Shown here: piece after piece, positions 56,401-64,000 of the stretch
Layout: every line of letters begins with the position of its first letter
Position numbering within the stretch: the first letter of the stretch is position 1
Assembly: GCA_964057225.1 (NCBI GenBank)
Contig: OZ059895.1
Span: 22,940,001-23,004,000, forward strand
Length of the DNA: 64,000 nt
Source of the DNA: Auanema rhodensis
Taxonomy: Eukaryota > Animalia > Nematoda
Direction: 5' to 3'
The notes under the pieces: model-generated
Seen by the model: only the letters and a program-made list of their open reading frames with translations
What the model was told of the DNA's origin: nothing
Database searches by the model: none
Position numbers and translations under genes: made by a program

Positions 56401-59400
56401 TGGAAGCAATGTTGAGTGTACATGGAAACTCAACATACACTAATGCATAATTTTTCAAACAATCATAACTAATTTTTGTATTAAGCGTTTCTCAATGTAG
56501 TATAGTGCATTCGATGCGGATTTTTAAGCTGCGTCGATCTGTGTTATCAGATTTGCGCTAGCTTAAAAATGCACCGAGATATCAACTGATATAAGTTCAC
56601 ACTTATATCCTCGATTTTCACCCTGAAGAATTAATTTTTTCGTTGAATAACAATGTCCATCGTCTTTGCCTTGAAAAATGGAATCCAAAAACATCTACTT
56701 TTTGCTAAATTATTTTGAAATTTTTTGAAAAAATTTTTGTCAAAATGTTTTTGGAAGCAATGTTGAGTGTACATGGAAACTCAACATACACTAATGCATC
56801 ATTTTTCAAACGATCATAACTAATTTTTGTATTAAGCGTTGCTCAATGTAGTATAGTGCATTCGATGCGGATTTTTAAGCTGCGTCGATCTGTGTTATCA
56901 GATTTGCGCTAGCTTAAAAATGCACCGAGATATCAACTGATATAAGTTCACACTTATATCCTCGATTTTCACCCTAAAGAATTAATTTTTTCGTTGAATA
57001 ACATTGTCCATCGTCTTTGCCTTGAAAAAAGGAATCTATAAACATCTACTTTTTGCTAAATTATTTTGAAAATTTTTGAAAAAATTTTTGTCAAAATGTT
57101 TTTGGAAGCTATGTTGAGTGTACATGGAAACTCAACATACACTAATGCATAATTTTTCAAACAATCATAACTAATTTTTGTATTAAGCGTTTCTCAATGT
57201 AGTATAGTGCATTCGATGCGGATTTTTAAGCTGCGTCGATCTGTGTTATCAGATTTGCGCTAGCTTAAAAATGCACCGAGATATCAACTGATATAAGTTC
57301 ACACTTATATCCTCGATTTTCACCCTGAAGAATTAATTTTTTCGTTGAATAACAATGTCCATCGTCTTTGCCTTGAAAAATGGAATCCAAAAACATCTAC
57401 TTTTTGCTAAATTATTTTGAAATTTTTTGAAAAAATTTTTGTCAAAATGTTTTTGGAAGCAATGTTGAGTGTACATGGAAACTCAACATACACTAATGCA
57501 TCATTTTTCAAACGATCATAACTAATTTTTGTATTAAGCGTTTCTCAATGTAGTATAGTGCATTCGATGCGGATTTTTAAGCTGCGTCGATCTGTGTTAT
57601 CAGATTTGCGCTAGCTTAAAAATGCACCGAGATATCAACTGATATAAGTTCACACTTATATCCTCGATTTTCACCCTGAAGAATTAATTTTTTCGTTGAA
57701 TAACATTGTCCATCGTCTTTGCCTCAAAAAAAGGAATCTAAAAACATCTACTTTTGCTAAATTATATTGAAATTTTTCGAAAAAATTTTTGTCAAAATGT
57801 TTTTGGAAGCAATGTTGAGTGTACATGGAAACTCAACATACACTAATGCATAATTTTTCAAACGATCATAACTTATTTTTGTATTAAGCGTTTATCAATG
57901 TAGTATAGTGCATTCGATGCGGATTTTTAAGCTGCGTCGATCTGTGTTATCAGATTTGCGCTAGCTTAAAAATGCACCGAGATATCAACTGATATAAGTT
58001 CACACTTATATCCTCGATTTTCACCCTGAAGAATTAATTTTTTCGTTGAATAACAATGTCCATCGTCTTTGCCTTGAAAAAAGGAATCTAAAAACATCTA
58101 CTTTTTGCTAAATTATATTGAAATTTTTCGAAAAAATTTTTGTCAAAATGTTTTTGGAAGCAATGTTAAGTGTACATGGAAACTCAACATACACTAATGC
58201 ATCATTTTTCAAACGATCATAAACAATTTTTGTATTAAGCGTTTCTCAATGTAGTATAGTGCAATCGATGCGGATTTTTAAGCTGCGTCGATCTGTGTTA
58301 TCAGATTTGCGCTAGCTTAAAAATGCACCGAGATATCAACTGATATAAGTTCACACTTATATCCTCGATTTTCACCCTAAAGAATTAATTTTTTCGTTGA
58401 ATAACATTGTCCATCGTCTTTGCCTTGAAAAAAGGAATCTATAAACATCTACTTTTTGCTAAATTATTTTGAAAATTTTTGAAAAAATTTTTGTCAAAAT
58501 GTTTTTGGAAGCTATGTTGAGTGTACATGGAAACTCAACATACACTAATGCATAATTTTTCAAACAATCATAACTAATTTTTGTATTAAGCGTTTCTCAA
58601 TGTAGTATAGTGCATTCGATGCGGATTTTTAAGCTGCGTCGATCTGTGTTATCAGATTTGCGCTAGCTTAAAAATGCACCGAGATATCAACTGATATAAG
58701 TTCACACTTATATCCTCGATTTTCACCCTGAAGAATTAATTTTTTCGTTGAATAACAATGTCCATCGTCTTTGCCTTGAAAAATGGAATCCAAAAACATC
58801 TACTTTTTGCTAAATTATTTTGAAATTTTTTGAAAAAATTTTTGTCAAAATGTTTTTGGAAGCAATGTTGAGTGTACATGGAAACTCAACATACACTAAT
58901 GCATCATTTTTCAAACGATCATAACTAATTTTTGTATTAAGCGTTGCTCAATGTAGTATAGTGCATTCGATGCGGATTTTTAAGCTGCGTCGATCTGTGT
59001 TATCAGATTTGCGCTAGCTTAAAAATGCACCGAGATATCAACTGATATAAGTTCACACTTATATCCTCGATTTTCACCCTAAAGAATTAATTTTTTCGTT
59101 GAATAACATTGTCCATCGTCTTTGCCTTGAAAAAAGGAATCTATAAACATCTACTTTTTGCTAAATTATTTTGAAAATTTTTGAAAAAATTTTTGTCAAA
59201 ATGTTTTTGGAAGCTATGTTGAGTGTACATGGAAACTCAACATACACTAATGCATAATTTTTCAAACAATCATAACTAATTTTTGTATTAAGCGTTTCTC
59301 AATGTAGTATAGTGCATTCGATGCGGATTTTTAAGCTGCGTCGATCTGTGTTATCAGATTTGCGCTAGCTTAAAAATGCACCGAGATATCAACTGATATA

Positions 59401-59600
59401 AGTTCACACTTATATCCTCGATTTTCACCCTGAAGAATTAATTTTTTCGTTGAATAACAATGTCCATCGTCTTTGCCTTGAAAAATGGAATCCAAAAACA
59501 TCTACTTTTTGCTAAATTATTTTGAAATTTTTTGAAAAAATTTTTGTCAAAATGTTTTTGGAAGCAATGTTGAGTGTACATGGAAACTCAACATACACTA
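50500..59600 (-). repeat. Interrupted dimeric (702 bp) higher-order repeat domain
   Basis: AAAATGGAATCC monomers at ~51061, 51763, 53868, 55271, 55973, 56674, 57376, 58780 and 59481 alternate with CTAAAG/CTATAAAC/GCTATG/CAAACAATC monomers. Confidence 0.82.
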
Positions 59601-62600
59601 ATGCATCATTTTTCAAACGATCATAACTAATTTTTGTATTAAGCGTTTCTCAATGTAGTATAGTGCATTCGATGCGGATTTTTAAGCTGCGTCGATCTGT
59701 GTTATCAGATTTGCGCTAGCTTAAAAATGCACCGAGATATCAACTGATATAAGTTCACACTTATATCCTCGATTTTCACCCTAAAGAATTAATTTTTTCG
59801 TTGAATAACATTGTCCATCGTCTTTGCCTTGAAAAAAGGAATCTATAAACATCTACTTTTTGCTAAATTATTTTGAAATTTTTTGAAAAAATTTTTGTCA
59901 AAATGTTTTTGGAAGCTATGTTGAGTGTACATGGAAACTCAACATACACTAATGCATAATTTTTCAAACGATCATAACTAATTTTTGTATTAAGCGTTTC
60001 TCAATGTAGTATAGTGCATTCGATGCGGATTTTTAAGCTGCGTCGATCTGTGTTATCAGATTTGCGCTAGCTTAAAAATGCACCGAGATATCAACTGATA
60101 TAAGTTCACACTTATATCCTCGATTTTCACCCTGAAGAATTAATTTTTTCGTTGAATAACAATGTCCATCGTCTTTGCCTTGAAAAAAGAAATCCAAAAA
60201 CATCTACTTTTTGCTAAATTATTTTGAAATTTTTCGAAAAAATTTTTGTCAAAATGTTTTTGGAAGCAATGTTGAGTGTACATGGAAACTCAACATACAC
60301 TAATGCATAATTTTTCAAACGATCATAACTAATTTTTGTATTAAGCGTTTCTCAATGTAGTATAGTGCATTTGATGCGGAATTTTAAGCTGCGTCGATCT
60401 GTGTTATCAGATTTGCGCTAGCTTAAAAATGCACCGAGATATCAACTGATATAAGTTCACACTTATATCCTCGATTTTCACCCTGAAGAATTAATTTTTT
60501 CGTTGAATAACATTGTCCATCGTCTTTGCCTCAAAAAAAGGAATCTAAAAACATCTACTTTTGCTAAATTATATTGAAATTTTTCGAAAAAATTTTTGTC
60601 AAAATGTTTTTGGAAGCAATGTTGAGTGTACATGGAAACTCAACATACACTAATGCATAATTTTTCAAACGATCATAACTAATTTTTGTATTAAGCGTTT
60701 ATCAATGTAGTATAGTGCATTCGATGCGGATTTTTAAGCTGCGTCGATCTGTGTTATCAGATTTGCGCTAGCTTAAAAATGCACCGAGATATCAACTGAT
60801 ATAAGTTCACACTTATATCCTCGATTTTCACCCTGAAGAATTAATTTTTTCGTTGAATAACAATGTCCATCGTCTTTGCCTTGAAAAAAGGAATCTAAAA
60901 ACATCTACTTTTGCTAAATTATTTTGAAATTTCTCGAAAAAAGTTTTGTCAAAATGTTTTTGGAAGCAATGTTAAGTGTACATGGAAACTCAACATACAC
61001 TAATGCATCATTTTTCAAACGATCATAAACAATTTTTGTATTAAGCGTTTCTCAATGTAGTATAGTGCAATCGATGCGGATTTTTAAGCTGCGTCGATCT
61101 GTGTTATCAGATTTGCGCTAGCTTAAAAATGCACCGAGATATCAACTGATATAAGTTCACACTTATATCCTCGATTTTCACCCTGAAGAATTAATTTTTT
61201 CGTTGAATAACATTGTCCATCGTCTTTGCCTTGAAAAAAGGAATCTAAAAACATCTACTTTTTGCTAAATTATATTGAAATTTTTCGAAAAAATTTTTGT
61301 CAAAATGTTTTTGGAAGCAATGTTGAGTGTACATGGAAACTCAACATACACTAATGCATCATTTTTCAAACGATCATAACTAATTTTTGTATTAAGCGTT
61401 TCTCAATGTAGTATAGTGCATTCGATGCGGATTTTTAAGCTGCGTCGATCTGTGTTATCAGATCTGCGCTAGCTTAAAAATGCACCGAGATATCAACTGA
61501 TATAAGTTCACACTTATATCCTCGATTTTCACCCTGAAGAATTAGTTTTTTTGTTGAAAAACATTGTCCATCGTCTTTGCCTTGAAAAAAGGAATCTAAA
61601 AACATCTACTTTTGCTAAATTATTTTGAAATTTTTCGAAAAAATTTTTGTCAAAATGTTTTTGGAAGCAATGTAGAGTGTACATGGAAACTCAACATACA
61701 CTAATGCATCATTTTTCAAACGATCATAACTAATTTTTGTATTAAGCGTTTCTCAATGTAGTATAGTGCATTCGATGCGGATTTTTAAGCTGCGTCGATC
61801 TGTGTTATCAGATTTGCGCTAGCTTGAATATGCACCGAGATATCAACTGAGATATGTTCACACTTATATCCTCGATTTTCACCCTGAAGAATTGATTTTT
61901 TCGTTGAATAACATTGTCCATCGTCTTTGCCTTGAAAAAAGGAATCTAAAAACATCTACTTTTGCTAAATTATTTTGAAATTTCTCGAAAAAAGTTTTGT
62001 CAAAATGTTTTTGGAAGCAATGTTGAGTGTACATGGAAACTCAACATACACTAATGCATCATTTTTCAAACGATCATAACTAATTTTTGTATTAAGCGTT
62101 TCTCAATGTAGTATAGTGCATTTGATGCGGAATTTTAAGCTGCGTCGATCTGTGTTATCAGATTTGCGCTAGCTTAAAAATGCACCGAGATATCAACTGA
62201 TATAAGTTCACACTTATATCCTCGATTTTCACCCTGAAGAATTAATTTTTTCGTTGAATAACATTGTCCATCGTCTTTGCCTCAAAAAAAGGAATCTAAA
62301 AACATCTACTTTTGCTAAATTATTTTGAAATTTTTTGAAAAAATTTTTGTCAAAATGTTTTTGGAAGCTATGTTGAGTGTACATGGAAACTCAACATACA
62401 CTAATGCATAATTTTTCAAACGATCATAACTAATTTTTGTATTAAGCGTTTCTCAATGTAGTATAGTGCATTCGATGCGGATTTTTAAGCTGCGTCGATC
62501 TGTGTTATCAGATTTGCGCTAGCTTAAAAATGCACCGAGATATCAACTGATATAAGTTCACACTTATATCCTCGATTTTCACCCTGAAGAATTAATTTTT

Positions 62601-64000
62601 TCGTTGAATAACAATGTCCATCGTCTTTGCCTTGAAAAAAGAAATCCAAAAACATCTACTTTTTGCTAAATTATTTTGAAATTTTTCGAAAAAATTTTTG
62701 TCAAAATGTTTTTGGAAGCAATGTTGAGTGTACATGGAAACTCAACATACACTAATGCATAATTTTTCAAACGATCATAACTAATTTTTGTATTAAGCGT
62801 TTCTCAATGTAGTATAGTGCATTTGATGCGGAATTTTAAGCTGCGTCGATCTGTGTTATCAGATTTGCGCTAGCTTAAAAATGCACCGAGATATCAACTG
62901 ATATAAGTTCACACTTATATCCTCGATTTTCACCCTGAAGAATTAATTTTTTCGTTGAATAACATTGTCCATCGTCTTTGCCTCAAAAAAAGGAATCTAA
63001 AAACATCTACTTTTGCTAAATTATATTGAAATTTTTCGAAAAAATTTTTGTCAAAATGTTTTTGGAAGCAATGTTGAGTGTACATGGAAACTCAACATAC
63101 ACTAATGCATAATTTTTCAAACGATCATAACTAATTTTTGTATTAAGCGTTTATCAATGTAGTATAGTGCATTCGATGCGGATTTTTAAGCTGCGTCGAT
63201 CTGTGTTATCAGATTTGCGCTAGCTTAAAAATGCACCGAGATATCAACTGATATAAGTTCACACTTATATCCTCGATTTTCACCCTGAAGAATTAATTTT
63301 TTCGTTGAATAACAATGTCCATCGTCTTTGCCTTGAAAAAAGGAATCTAAAAACATCTACTTTTTGCTAAATTATATTGAAATTTTTCGAAAAAATTTTT
63401 GTCAAAATGTTTTTGGAAGCAATGTTAAGTGTACATGGAAACTCAACATACACTAATGCATCATTTTTCAAACGATCATAAACAATTTTTGTATTAAGCG
63501 TTTCTCAATGTAGTATAGTGCAATCGATGCGGATTTTTAAGCTGCGTCGATCTGTGTTATCAGATTTGCGCTAGCTTAAAAATGCACCGAGATATCAACT
63601 GATATAAGTTCACACTTATATCCTCGATTTTCACCCTGAAGAATTAATTTTTTCGTAGAATAACATTGTCCATCGTCTTTGCCTTGAAAAAAGGAATCTA
63701 AAAACATCTACTTTTTGCTAAATTATATTGAAATTTTTCGAAAAAATTTTTGTCAAAATGTTTTTGGAAGCAATGTTGAGTGTACATGGAAACTCAACAT
63801 ACACTAATGCATCATTTTTCAAACGATCATAACTAATTTTTGTATTAAGCGTTTCTCAATGTAGTATAGTGCATTCGATGCGGATTTTTAAGCTGCGTCG
63901 ATCTGTGTTATCAGATCTGCGCTAGCTTAAAAATGCACCGAGATATCAACTGATATAAGTTCACACTTATATCCTCGATTTTCACCCTAAAGAATTAATT

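Larger units (their letters stand above)
27764..64000 (-). repeat. Same 351-bp satellite in inverted orientation, right arm (~103 monomers, runs off the window end)
   Basis: From 27764 the sequence TGCGTCGATCTGTGTTATCAGATTTGCGCTAGCTTAAAAATGCACCGAG is the reverse complement of the monomer read backwards from position 229. It continues with ~351-bp period to 64000. Confidence 0.99.

Noticed and set aside
1-64000. CRISPR array or other repeat-spacer system
   Set aside because: There are no unique spacers, the sequence between hairpins is as conserved as the hairpins themselves, and no cas-like ORFs are present.

Overview
The whole 64 kb window is one AT-rich (~32% GC by hand count of monomer 1) eukaryotic-type tandem satellite with a 351-bp monomer, about 182 copies. 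I find no credible gene, RNA gene, transposon or CRISPR array. The array switches orientation once: ~79 monomers run in one direction (1-27752) and ~103 in the reverse complement (27764-64000). They are joined by an 11-bp filler (CATAACATTTT) that looks copied from the sequence just upstream, so the window is a very large imperfect inverted repeat. Each monomer carries several short dyads: a long interrupted hairpin at monomer positions 182-248, a perfect 9-bp stem with a GTGA loop at 150-171, an 8-9-bp stem at 324-349, and A/T-tract palindromes. The two arms have distinct variant haplotypes and many local higher-order duplications (2-, 3-, 4-, 5-, 7-, 9-, 14- and 23/24-mer offsets). Two short right-arm-type islands lie inside the left arm. 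The species, and any centromeric role, cannot be established from sequence alone. The single ORF call is a chance product of two monomer variants. All comparisons were made by eye.
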